A stretch of DNA of 64,000 bases from Klebsormidium nitens (GCA_000708835.1 DF237220.1:52507-116506); one strand, 5' to 3'; numbered from the stretch's first letter, positions 12,001 through 24,525 are shown. Program-made: numbers and translations. The notes: generated by a model not told the origin, from the sequence alone.

Positions 12001-13289
12001 AGAGGTGGGAAAGTCCTAGAGCATCTTTCTTTAGCCGTGACACGAGATTTCCTTTCAAATTTCTGCCTGGGCTCCGTTTGAGATGGATGCGTCTCCTGGT
12101 CCGGAATGAAGAACCGGCCTTGGCGCAAACAGATTTACGTAAGTCGCATCCCAATTGTATGGGGTGCTTGACGTTTTCTTCGATTAAGTGCTGATTTGAC
12201 TTTACGGTGTCCAAGCGAGTGGCCCGGCGATGAGTGCATCAAGCTTGAAGACAGATCCAGCCTCTCGCGACCACCTTAATTGTTCTGCGAGTCTGTCGAG
12301 AAAAGTGAGTGTTGAGTCGAGAAAAGCGAGTGTCGTGTCTGTTAAGAAAAGCTTCACAGATTGCCTGTACAGCACCCGGTTCCATCGCAGGTGAAGACAC
12401 CAAAAGTTATGAGAGATTTTGAAGATTCCTTTACGGGAGCATTTGTTTTGGTCGGCATTATCCGAAGTTCTTTGCCAGTGCTCCTCTATCAAATGCCGTT
12501 CTTCAAACTTTCTTAAGCTCCCAATTCACTTGCTCGTATCTGGGGATTGTTTTGAAGGCTTCTTTCTCGCGGTATTGCAAAAAACTCTCCTGCTCGGAAG
12601 CTCCAGATCGCTCCATTCGGACCTTCCTTAAAGGAAAGCTCCTTTCCGGACAGGTCCGGCAGTACAACGCCCAGCAGCAGGACGTCTTAGCCTCCCAGGC
12701 CTGCCTCCCGGTCGCAGAGCTTAAGCCCGGTTTGCGCGCCGTCATGATGAACGACGCGAGCGGGTTCCCTCTCCCGGACGGCCGAGGCCGCCTACTGGTT
12801 CACGTGGAGCTTTCTCCTGCGGGCGACGGGTTTATTCCTCCGGGGAGCGCTGGCGTGGCCTTAGAAGTGCCCGCGGTTTCTACGTCTGGCGGAGCGCCAA
12901 CTTCTGGGGGGGCGCCGCAGGGTGCTACGGGAGCCTCTCAACAGGTGGTGCATACCCGGTACCAGGAGACGATTATCCACGAGCGACGCCGCTCCCCGGT
13001 GGTGCCGTTCTTGGGGGGCATGCTCGTGGGGCGTATGCTTGCACCGCGGCCACGTCAGCAGGTGATGGTGGTCAACAACAAGGCTCCCGCCCCGAACAGG
13101 GTCGTAAATACTAACGTGACTGTGAACAAGGGGTATCCAAGACCCGGGGGGTCCTCCTATGGCCGGCCCGCACCGGCCGTACGAGCAAGCGCGCGCCCAA
13201 GCGTGCGAGCGAGTGTGGCGTCCTACTCGAGCGCACGGCCGGCGAGGGCTGCAGGTGGAGGTGGGGGGCGAGTGAGAAGAAGGCGATGA
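6009..13289 (+). CDS. Phosphoinositide-specific phospholipase C-like protein (EF-hand-like, X, Y, C2 domains), probably catalytically inactive, ~719 aa
   Basis: Eleven in-phase exons: 6009-6158, 6465-6620, 7617-7798, 8315-8438, 8831-9050, 9424-9634, 9991-10102, 10550-10717, 11371-11430, 11864-12004, 12654-13289. PLC landmarks: MHQPLPQYFI, AFLASDFPIILVIEN, IFGESLFTP, SLSE, NNLIRVY, WSYGAQIVA, GFFSANGGCGYVLKPD, FHFPLTVPELALL, QACLPVAELKPGLRAV. Confidence 0.88.
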
Positions 13290-14450
13290 TGGAAACGAGG
13301 CTGGCTTGCTCAATGCGAAGAAGACGGCGTATACAACTTCAAATCGGGACACAGAGACGGGACAATATGACCTGAACTTGTTTGCTGATACATACATCGT
13401 GTCGTAGGATGAATTTGTAAATTACCAATTACCGAAAATGGAAGTGGTCGACCCGAGCTTGATAAGATTGTTCAGCTGCCTTGCGTCTTGTCGATCCAAT
13501 TACTGATCACCTAGTTTTGGAGGATTTTGTGGACACTCCTAGGCGCATTTTGAAAAGCGCTTTGTCTTAGTCAAACAACATAGACGGACTGATCCGATGC
13601 ATGATCGAGGAATAATGGACTAATCTATAGTATCACTCAAGAACAAAAGTAACACTCTAAAGTTGAAAAAAGTAGTTGATAATGGGCGCTGAGCGAGTGG
13701 CGCCTTGATTTATACGATAACATTGACAACGAATGCACCGTCTAGCCTTTGATGCAGATTGTGAATTGAATTGACGCTTTGCCTGGAAGCTGAGCTGCAA
13801 TATGCAACTCGCCATCGTGATCAGTCAGGGTGCGTATTTTGTCCGACAGTTATATAGAGCTAGTCACGCATGCGTGGCAATTCAACGCGTGCCTGAGAGC
13901 GCACGGCCGGGCACTTGTTTATATGGGTACGTGCATGACGGCGCGCGCGGTCGCATGGGTGTAGTCTTAATCCGCTGTTTTTACACGACGGTTGATTATA
14001 TGCATGCATGCATGTCGGAACTTACATATATATACGTGTACAGATGTCTTTATCTAGCTTGGCCCTGCCAGCCTATAGCGCCGCCATGATCCATGTGGCC
14101 GCCTAGTGAAGGTGCAGCTCAGTGAGCGCTTACGTCATTCAACGATCATGCACGAATTGCGTATATATATGCATGCGTACGTATATATGTATTGAGATCG
14201 GACACGCAAAGGCACTCTGCATGGCACATGCTGTATAAACGTCGCGCGGGCAGGATCGATCCGGCGATAAATTCACAAGTCCAACGATTAGCTACGCGGT
14301 GTAGCTTGTTCACATAGTGTACATCAAATTGAGTCGGATTCACGCATGATGATGCCAGGCATCATTCATTCAGAATCATTCTTACAACAATAATATCGCC
14401 GTGACGGTTAATTGCACAATCAAATACGATAAGCTGAGAAAGAGAGCTCT

Positions 14451-16566
14451 CTACTGAACTTCGAAAAAATCTTCGCTCATTAGGTCTTTGTCCTCTGGGT
14501 TAGCCATCTCCAGTTCTTGTTGGAGTTTTTGCACTCTTTTCGGTCTATCGATCTTTTTATACAACTCTATCATCGAGAGGTAAGCTACCTGATCGGGTGG
14601 ACAACCTGCTTTCCGCATCAACTTCCAATACTTGATCGCTTTGGCGACTTCCTCTGCCTTGCCGAACGCCGTGATGAGGGTGGTGTACATTTGGACACTA
14701 GGGTGCAGGCCAGCCGCTCTGACAAATTCGAGTATAGCCTCAGCATCATCGAAGCGCTTCTGCTGTACGTACGCCTCCATCATGCTGCTGAACGTGAACA
14801 AGTTTGGGGCACACCCCGCCTCTTGCATGACCTGCAGTATCTTCTCCGCCTTTTCTACATGCCCCCCTTTCGCATAAGCAGCAACCATCGCACTGTAAGT
14901 CACCACCGATGGTTCGTGCCCGGCTTGAAGCATAGCTCGGAAGGTCCTTTCCGCCTGCGCCACCAAGCCCTGCTTTGCATACGCATCTATCATGGCACTG
15001 AAAGCATAAATGTCAGGCGCGCACCCAACTTGCTGCATCCCCTCAAACGTCGCCTCCGCTTTTTCCACATCCCCGGCCCGGGCATAAGCTGCGATCAGGG
15101 CGGTGTATGCAAACACGTTGGGCAGCACCCCTTGTTCCAGCATGTCCTGCATCATCTGCTCTGCCCCCTCCGCCTGCCCCGACTTGGAGTGCACCACGAT
15201 CATGGCGCTGTACGACCAGGCATCCGGCTTCAAACCTGCCCCCTTCATGGCTGCCAGCACATTCTCCGCGTCTCGCATCAGGCCCCTCTTTGCATACCCC
15301 GTGATGAGAATGTTGTATGTCACCGTGTCTGGTGCTATTCCTGCCTCCTTCATCTCCGTAAACAGCGCTTCCGCTCTTGCCAGCCTCCCGGCGTCTGCCA
15401 AGGCTTTGATCGCCATGTTGAAAGTCCGGTCCAGCCTCGTGTAGCCAGGCTCTTTCACCATGAAGCGAAGCACCTGCCAGGACACCCAAAACGTCTCTAT
15501 AAGTCAGCAGCCATGGAAGCGATGCTCCTAGGTCTGACGCTGCACCTTTGAAGCCAGGTTCTGACGGCAGCAAGCACCACAGTATGCACAGCAGTAGGAA
15601 AGTGGAAAGAAAAGGCGAAGAGGAAGAAACAGTAGGATGACGCACAGGAAGGAGAGACAGGCGCGCTTATCGTTCTCCACATCTCTGTTCTATCACCTCA
15701 GGACAAAGAGCACTCGTTTGTGCTCAGGGAAGCGCAATAGCAGAGGATTATAAAAGCGACCACAAGGGCAGGAAAAAATCAGTATCAGGATCACAGCCGC
15801 CGAAAGAGATAGATAACGAACTGTCTAATTTTCATCTATCATGAAACATTGAAGTGAACCACTACAAGAGGTCAGGCAGCGAGCGCACCTGCAAGCAGTG
15901 GTTTACTTGCTTTTCTTTGACTAGGGTGTTGAACAGCGTGACCATCAATCCCTTTGCCGTCCGCGATAGAGTTTCGAGCATGTCGCGCACAGCCGCCTCA
16001 TCCTCCGCAGTCCTCAGCATCTCTATCGCCTTTCTGACATGCGCATCTGGCTCAAAACCAAACGGGCCAAAGCGTTCTCGGAAAAAGTCTCTCCTCCTGC
16101 CAACTTGCTTTGCACTGTTGGGCTTCTGACCAGCTGGGGCCTGCTGTGCTTCCCGTGTCCTTATCCAAGAATCCACAGCATTGTCAACCTCAAGTTGCCC
16201 GGGCTTTGTACTTCTTCTTAAGTCAGATTTTGGGGCTGCTTTTCTGATATTCGCAGTAGGCTGATCTGTGTCTCTTTTCACTCCTCTCCTTGATTCTTGC
16301 CGTTCCTTAGGTGGTGGTGCTGTCTCAACCACAGAGAAGTCCTCCTGATTAAGGCTTCTGATCTGATGAATGCTGTGCGTTCCTCGGTTTTGCAGGCTGA
16401 AAGGCGAGCTTTTTGGAAGCCACACATGATTCCTACAATTGGTGAAACCCCTGGATTGTGCAGTGTCACATTGCAGCTGTCCCCGCCGCTGGCGAGCCTG
16501 GTCCGAAGGTGGGGCAGAAGGAAGGCAGAAAGGGGCGCCCAGCGCACGCGCTTCGGCTCCAGCCAT
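14451..16566 (-). CDS. P-class pentatricopeptide repeat protein, probably organelle-targeted, ~566 aa
   Basis: Exons 16566-15889 and 15473-14451 (CLQ|VLRF, GT-AG). Eight full 35-aa repeats plus one partial, e.g. TYNILITGYAKRGLMRDAENVLAAMKGAGLKPD. The N-terminus is Ser/Arg/Ala-rich, like a transit peptide. Confidence 0.92.
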
Positions 16567-17445
16567 CGTCCTGCCTTCTAGTGCGGCAGCTAATACCTAT
16601 GCCATGGCGGCCCTAATAGGCTTAGGCTTGGCGGCCACCGAAGGCTAGGACTACTCCGCTTGCAAATCCTGAAGAACTCCGATACAGTACGGTACGACCG
16701 ATGGTGTGAAATGGCTCGATTTGTCCTGTGACTGTCTTTTAATGTAATGTTATAAGCGAGTACTGAACATTGCTTGCCTCCAAACCTGTCAAGAACCGGC
16801 TGCCGTTGCTTGTTGCGAGAACGTTGGCTCTTCTAAACGCTACAGGCTACAACAACAGCAGCGCTCGTACCGATTATTTTCCCGGTACGAAAGACGTTTA
16901 TCGAACCGTCATACTCACTGGTTCAACACACCGGCCAGATCTGTTCCCTGGTCGAAGAGTTCGCAGCGCTCTGACATCCGGCACGGGGGCATAAACCTGT
17001 CAGCGTCAGTGTGACACTGTCCTGGTGTGAGTACTACCACCTCGTGCCAGCATTTGGTAACTTCCTTGTGAAATTGTAGCTGTAACCTGCTGTCTCAAGC
17101 CAAACGAAACACAGCATTGTGCCACGGCGTAATCGCATAGAACGGTGGTGTGAGAGTCAGCCTCCAGCCGCAACGTATCACAAGCTATCCACATTATGCT
17201 TCATTCTCCTTCTCCAGTGCGCAACGCTTTCCACATTGATTGTTAGAAGTTGCCAGTATCTGATTTCAGTTGCCCATTGATAGACTCTGGTGCACCACCT
17301 GCTGCTCTTGATCATTTTAGAGTTGCAAACCTTTGTTCCAGCTTGTGACCAGGCATGGGGCTGGTATGATGGATGTCCAGAAGCTGGGACCCTGGCTCTT
17401 CGTGGATACCACCAGTGAGAGACACATCAGCATAGTTGCTGAAAC

Positions 17446-19214
17446 ATGAAAGTGTGAGACATGCTTTTCTCCTTTAAAGCTTGCTTGCACCTTTCTGCAT
17501 CTTTCCAACTATATGGTGGTGGTCCCGCTGCGTGTAGCTCTCCCGTCCTAAAAAAATGGATCATCAGGAGTGTTGATGGACATGTGGCACAGATCTACAA
17601 CCTCCTGGGGAGTGCTCACTACGTTCTCAAATTATCCGCAACATCATCTGCCGCGTGTAAAGTTGCACAATATCCTAGTTTTCCAAGCAGCTCTTCCCTT
17701 GGCTTCTTCACGCCCTTGTCGGTGCTCGCCGAGCCTGCTGCACCCTGACCCTTGGATGACTACAAAGATGTCTACTACATTAGTGTCCAAGTTTCCCTGC
17801 TGCTCTCCCAAACTTATGGCGTTGATCTCGTCCATGGCGTTGATCTTGTTTGGGAGCCATCTCTGATGTTGTCTGTCGTGCAGGCTGGATGCGAGTGCAG
17901 GTCTGCTGACCAATTTTGAAGTTCTGGAGGTGCTCAAGGAGAGGGGGACAAGAACAGAAGCGGACGAATCGGGGGTGCCTGGACCAGCCACGCCTTCGGA
18001 ACAAAAGGTCAGCTACTGCTCTATGCCCATTCTTCCACTTTTATCTGGTTTTGCTAAGAATTTGTAAAATATGTGAAACCAGATTCTCAATTCATCCGGT
18101 TGGTTGCTTCTTGAGGCATGGCAGTTTGCTTGCCAAAGTCCAGCTTTCATGTCAGCACCCCAAAGTCGTGCTGTCTCCTGACTCACTTGGGACTGGGTTT
18201 CTGTTACAGGACCTCAGCGAGGTACGAGAGTATAGGTAGCTACAAGGCTTGCTTTTCAGGTCGCGCTTTCCGTACGTTCTTGACCTGCCCTGCACTAGAA
18301 GGTTGCCAAGCAATGGAAACACCTTTTCGATGCAGCCTGAGGTGCAGTGTCCTCTTCTTCTGCAGGTCCATGACTACCTGGTCCACAGCCCCGCAGGCAC
18401 GCAGACGCGCAAGAGCATTCAGACATTCACGGAGGCCATCAAGGAGCTGGAGCTGCTGAAAGCGGAGAAGCTGCAGATGGTCAACCTGCGGCCCAGCATC
18501 CCTGTCGAGGTGCACCTGGTGAGCCGCGCCGCAGATCGCGCCAGCATGCATACTGGAGGCCTCAGTCCAGTGATAGAGATATGGAATATTGTTTCTTAGT
18601 ACCGCCTTGGCTAGCTCCCCTGCAATCGTCGATGAGTTTTCATTCTGCATGCAGTTCCGGGCAGTTGATTGGAGGGGTGATAACCAAGGCGGAGTTTGTC
18701 TCTTGGGGAAAGTCCATGTTATTGATCCTTGGGCGGGTGGATGGAGAAGCTCTGGACATAAAGGGAGCAGGAATTATTGACGGAGGAGCAACAGGGGCAA
18801 AAGAGGGACCTCCTGCGCAATACATCCACCCGCCCTTCCAGTCCTTTGTCATTCAAGAGACTGATCCTTTCTAGTACTCTAGGCCCATGGAATTGTTCAG
18901 GCCGGCGGTATGCCTTGCCAACTTTTGTGTTGGGTCACAGGGGAACCATCATTCAATTGGTCCACCCTGAAATACACCTGCAAGAGCGAGACGACGATGT
19001 CCAAGTTCTTCTTCACCATCTTTCGGAGTGTCTTGGTACTCCGCAAGACAAGTGGCTTGCGTCCGCTGTCACTCTGTGTGTTTATGTGCAGGTCGTAGAG
19101 GACTGCGATGAGCGGCTCACCACCGACGCAGTTGAGGCGCTCATTGCCACAGTCGACGAGACGCTGCCGCCCGCTCCAGAAGCTGCCGGACCGACAGAGG
19201 ACGAAGCAACCTGA
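17446..19214 (+). CDS. RPC9: RNA polymerase III subunit RPC9 (RPC17/CRCP, Rpb4 family)
   Basis: Exons 17446-17453 (ATGAAAGT), 17884-18007, 18366-18518, 19092-19214. Translation MKVLDASAGLLTNFEVLEVLK...LLKAEKLQMVNLRPSIPVEVHL|VVEDCDERLT matches the CRCP/RPC17 pattern (LLSNYEV, LTKAEKLQLLNHRP, VEESEERLT). Confidence 0.9.
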
Positions 19215-20516
19215 AAGTAATTGCCAGGGTCTTACGAACCCATTTAGTGGCAGACTAAGCTTGGAGGACGCCCGACCCAGTGCAATCATTGCCACACACA
19301 GATCAATGTGCGTGCCGTTGCATAGCAAGGCTGTTGCAACCGATAAACGCAATCCTATCAATGCCTTACGAACCGTCATGACATGCATACTTATCTGGCG
19401 GGACGGCCAGGTACAGCGACAAAATTTGCATGCGCACGTAAACCGAGTGCAAAGAATGCCTGCGGTGGCCTGAAAGCACCGCATGCTGATCTCTGAGCCG
19501 CCTCGTGAAAAACGGGTTTTTCAAAGCCTGATAACCGTCCGGTAAAGTGACAGGGCCGCGCACATCTAGCTAGGCATGCAATCCATGACGCTGTTATAAA
19601 TTCGACCCGTCATATGCACGTCTGTAGCGCGACCGCATCCAAAATGAGTGACTCAGCTTTATACTATACAGATTTATGCGTACAAGCTCCGGATCATATT
19701 TTATATAAGTACTAGCTAGGTCATAGAGGCACTTCATGAGGCACTACGTCATAAGTCATCGTGACCACGGGTTTGAATGGCCGATCTCTTACCATACGGT
19801 ACTAACCAAATCTTCCATATGCAAAGTATACCAATTCTCTGACAGACATGTAGGTGCTCAAAATCGGTCCAAATCCGCGTACATATATGCGGCTGCCGAC
19901 TCGACGTACAGATACTACTCTACGAAGTGACCCATGTGCACCCTAGCTCTGTTATACACCCGCGGCCATGTGCAGCAACGCTACTAAGTGGCGTATCTAT
20001 GCGCGGGCCCCGCATCGCGATCACCCGGTTCGGCTTGCGCGCACCGCGGGGCCCGATCAAGTGACTCAGTCATTCTTTAGATCCTCGGGACCTCGAGGCG
20101 TGTGAATACCAATAACAATCGATTTTCATTTTCGATCATGAGGATCCTGAGGTTCGGGCTCAGATTGGTCTAAATCTCATTGACAAGGCGTTGCAAATGA
20201 TGTCCGGATGAGTACACAGCAATCAACCGGCCTTTGATATGCAACGTCACTACATAACACGCGATGGTCCTTGCGGCACCGTCACCTGGTGCTTGAGTGT
20301 GGGTCACCAGTCTTGGTACAGGTCCGTCGAGCATAATCACATAAGTTCTTATGAGGCCTGTCGCAATATTTTTGCGAGGCATGAGCTTTTTTATCCAATG
20401 ATGCGAGAAGGTCCCCCGAATGAGCGCCCGGCGGCTGTTCAGTCCGACCACAGAAGATCGTTGCCAAACAGAAGTCTCATCAAACCCATCTGCCGAAAAT
20501 TTCTGCACACGTGTTC

Positions 20517-23500
20517 TCAGTAGGTTGGAAAACTCGGATCGATCTCGTCCGCCCATGCCACCACGCCACCCGTGAGGTTGAACGCATTGCCAATGCCCTT
20601 CTGCCGCAGCAGCCGTGTGCCGATCTTCGAGTCGTTTCCCCGTCTGCACACCACGTACACGTCGGGCGCCGCGCTCTCCGCCGGGCACCTGGCCGCGGCT
20701 TCTGCCACGGCAGCCTGCACCCCAACAGCCTCGTCAAGGAACAAACAACAACGGATCCTCATCATGAGCTCGCTTCCCTGCAGAATCTTAGTGCGTTCCG
20801 CTTCATACTCTCTGACACCTTCATGCTCCTGAGTGGTCCGACAAAGCAGCTTCCCAATAAGCAGAGCGGGTGATGATAAACAAGGAGCATGGTTGCTAAA
20901 AATCGATTTAAGGGTTCACTGAACGCCCCCTTGGCTTCAACCACCTGTGCTTCCACCATAGCAAAACCGGATCAAGAATAAGTCGTCGCCAAATATTTAC
21001 CTGCACGTCGGCAATGCGATTCACGAGGTGTTTGAGCGGGATGCTGATCGCCCCCGGCAGCGCCGCGATGGCGAACTGGTGCGCCTCCCGCACGTCCACC
21101 ACCACGTGCGGCCGCCCCGCGTCCACAACGCGCGCCTTGTACGCGGCGCACGACACGCTCTCCGCAGCTGACAGCACGGGCAACGGGGAGGGATCCTGAC
21201 AAAACAAGAGATGCGAAGTTTAGTCGTGATAAGAGTCGAGGGGGGGATTTTGTGGGCTTCTATGCGAGAGCGCGGTTAGCCAAGCCACTCTAGTCATCTA
21301 ACAAAAGGTACCTTGGCTTCACGGTCGGCTGACCCCTCTTGGTAGACAGCCATCCGTAGAAGCATCATGACGGAAATCTTGGACGACCGCTGCCTGCATT
21401 CAGCCAACTGGAACGAACCAGAAAAGGCGGTCATGCTCTCAAACGTTGCTGAACCGTGTTGCTGTTACGAGGTGTAGGTAGAGCGTTACAAGCCCGGCCA
21501 GTGCCCCGAGCCCTGAGACCAACGTCAGCATTGTGTTTTCCATCATCGAGCACGACAACCTGGCAATGGAAACCAGGCGCAGGGAGGGCCGTCGAAGACG
21601 CTCGAAGCAGTCAAGGGGCGGAGGGGAGGACGCACCGTATCTGCTGAAACAAAGTGTGCGTAGTCGAAGCTGGGCAGCGTCTCAGCGGTGATGGTGGGCT
21701 GGTCACCACAGGCGGCGCACGTGGCGGAACGCCCACGCAACTTGACCTGCACCGGAGCCGCAAGCACCGTTGAGATTACAGAGACGTGCTCGAGGGCGTC
21801 GAAGCCCTCCCATACAAGTCAATCGGTCGCAGTTGGACGTACGAAGCAGGAAAATCTGCGCTAGCTCAATTCCAGCAATTATACAGGGATGAGGGCCTAA
21901 TGACGAGACTATATCGAAACAGATTCCGCACAGCTGGCAAGCTCTATCCAACGGTCATAAAAGCTGCATAGACTAATCGGTCCGTCGCAGAGTCCTGTAG
22001 GGCAAGATACTCAGGGCGTCCCCGGTTGGTTGAGGGAAAATTGAAGCATAATCGATAACGAACACTGAAGCTAGTCACGGCAAAGGAGAGTTCGCATCGA
22101 CGCGAGTTGGGCGGTGCTCCCGAGAAGGAGCTGGCGAGTGACGGGCGAGGGGCGGCTCACCGTCTGCAGCCTGGTGGTGAGGGCGTCGAAGATGAGCATG
22201 CGCGCGCTCAGCGGCTCGCCGATCCCGGTGGCCACCTTGATGGCCTCCAGAGCCTGCAAGCTGCCGATGATGCCCGGCACTGCGACAAACGGGCCAACGT
22301 GTTAGTGGAAAAAGTAGTAAACCAGAAGCAACAACGTAGAAGGCTTGGTAAAGTACAACGTTGAAAGTCTCAACATGATGCCCAAACACTCCTCCAAACA
22401 CTCCTTCATTTTCTTCATCGCCGCCACCAAGAAACCACCTACGAAAAAGCCAGACAGGTCGGTGGAGCTTGCTTTCCACAAGAGGGCTCTCTACGGGCAA
22501 TAGTGCAAGGTTCTTCAGAGAAGACCACAGCAGGTGGTCTCACCGACGCCCAGCACTCCAGCATCTGCGCAGCGGCGCGCGCCCACTGGGGGAACCGGGA
22601 ACATGCAGCGGTAGCAGGGGGCGCCCGGCCGGTCGTGGTACACTGCCAGCTGGCCCTCCATGCCCAGCGCAGCGCCGGACACCAGGGGCTGCGGGGGGAG
22701 GAAAAGCGCAAGCAGGGGAGTCAGGGGACGCGGCGTGCCACTAAAGGAGATACGACCCAGTCGATTCAGGCCCACGTTACAATCAGACCTATTGCTTCTG
22801 GTAGAATCCTTCACGTCGAAGTGGCAGTTGATGCTCCTATTCAAGTTCGTAAAGACTGAACTAAGACCCTCGGGCCACCCTTGCATTCTTTGTCCTCAAC
22901 GAAAATCACTTCGACATGGTGACAAGCAAGCTCAAAAACAAGACAACTACAAGAAACATGATGTTTCCACTTCTTTCCAAAGAAAACTCTCGTACAATAA
23001 AAGCTAGGGCGCTTATTCTTTACCAGGAGAGGCCTCTCGTTTAGATGCCAAAAAAGAGATTGCATCGAGCTTTACCCCCCGACCGAGCTGAAGGTTCCAG
23101 ACAAGCCCAAAGTACCGGTTCCAACTCACCTTGCCAGCTACGACACAGGCATCATTCACAACGTAGCGCGTGGCAACATTGTCAGATGCGTCCACAATCA
23201 CGTCGTAAGGGCGCACCAGGTCGAGGGCATTGGCTGCCGTGAACCTCGTTCTATGCTCAACAACCTTAATCGACGAGTTGATTCTGCCACAAGCAGGGGG
23301 AATTGTCAACAACGAGCAACAGTTCGAGAAACATTGCTTGAATAGATCGCGGCCGCCCACTTCAAAAGGACATTGAGTCCGCAGGAGTGATTTACCAGAC
23401 TTGAAATGTTTCCAACTACAGCAGCAAATAAGATTACGGTAGCATAGTGCCCCACCCGGAATTGTGTGCAATTCGAGGCCTTCTCAGATACATATTGCGA

Positions 23501-24525
23501 TGTTCCAAACCAGGTCAAGAGCTCAGATTTTTTCAGGAGTGAGGAGCGGCCACTTTGTGGCGATCCAGAAAGGCCCTGGGCCGCACCTTTGGCATGCCTC
23601 CTTTGCAGAGGTCGTCTTTGGGTTGCCCGCCTCTGCGGCTGCCTCTGTGTGAATGACCTGGCCAGGCAAGCAGGCGCACAGTGGGGCTGCAGCACAGGGG
23701 GGAACTACCAGGAGGAAGCAAGCAAGTAGCCAAGGTTCAGCGTCACGATTGTGGTGCACATGGGCATGGGCAAGGGTATGGTAGTGCCGGAGCAGGGAGT
23801 GCCACCTGTGGGGGAGCCTAGATGCAACAAGGTGGGGATACTTCTTAACTTAACGAAGCTTGAGAGATTTGGGAGCCCCCCAGAGAAGTGGAGGCCTCAC
23901 CTGTCTGTGCAGGTTGCTCTGCTCCACCACGTCATCATCCGCAATGCCCAGCGTGCCCACCCCCGCTGCCGCCAGGTACAGCAGGACAGGGGAGCCCAAG
24001 CCACCTGCGCCTACAACTAGGATGGACGCACAGCACAGCGTGCCCTGCCCTGCACATGAGGACAATCAGTTGGCCCAAGCAAGAACTGAGTGGGCCCTTG
24101 GGGCTTTCAAGGAAGCAAGGCACCTTTGGCCCTGGAGAGCGATGATAGGTGCACGGAGGCTGACGGAGATCAGTCTGTTGGTCAGTGGCACGATGATTGA
24201 GATGGTGCATCATGATTGAGTGGTGGGGCAGCCTGGGAAGTGATGAATGTTGCGGTCGCTCTCATTTCGCTAAAGCCTCTGTACCATCTTATGAGGTGCT
24301 GTGCGATGTCAATTGAAACAGCCATGATGCCTGCTCTCAGCGGCATTGAGATGCGCCGTCACCTGCCACTCCAAATGCTGGCACCAGGAGCTGCCTGCTG
24401 TACCGCTCCACCTGCGGTTTGTCCAGCCCGTGACTCTCTGAACCAATCCAATTGAAGCGGGCACGTTTGGCAGGCCTCTCAGACTCTGCACCTGCTTCAT
24501 TTTTCGCATCACCCTCAACAGCCAT
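20517..24525 (-). CDS. MOCS3: Adenylyltransferase and sulfurtransferase MOCS3 (CNX5/UBA4): ThiF domain plus rhodanese domain, ~434 aa
   Basis: Exons 24525-24363, 24049-23901, 23657-23587, 23283-23130, 22688-22544, 22279-22161, 21746-21636, 21195-21001, 20714-20517. Motifs: [62 protein letters not shown], rhodanese CRRGND, and C-terminal IDPSFPTY. The start codon choice is less certain. Confidence 0.93.

Noticed and set aside
14517-15551. 344-aa plus-strand ORF overlapping the PPR gene
   Set aside because: Antisense shadow of a GC-biased repetitive CDS; the product has no recognisable features.
17750-17870. Box C/D snoRNA call in RPC9 intron 1
   Set aside because: Box C is non-canonical, there is no terminal stem and no rRNA-complementary guide was identified; kept only as a low-interest structure.
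17446-24525. Functional linkage of RPC9 (Pol III) and MOCS3 (tRNA thiolation)
   Set aside because: The genes are convergent with no shared promoter; adjacency in a eukaryotic genome is probably chance.
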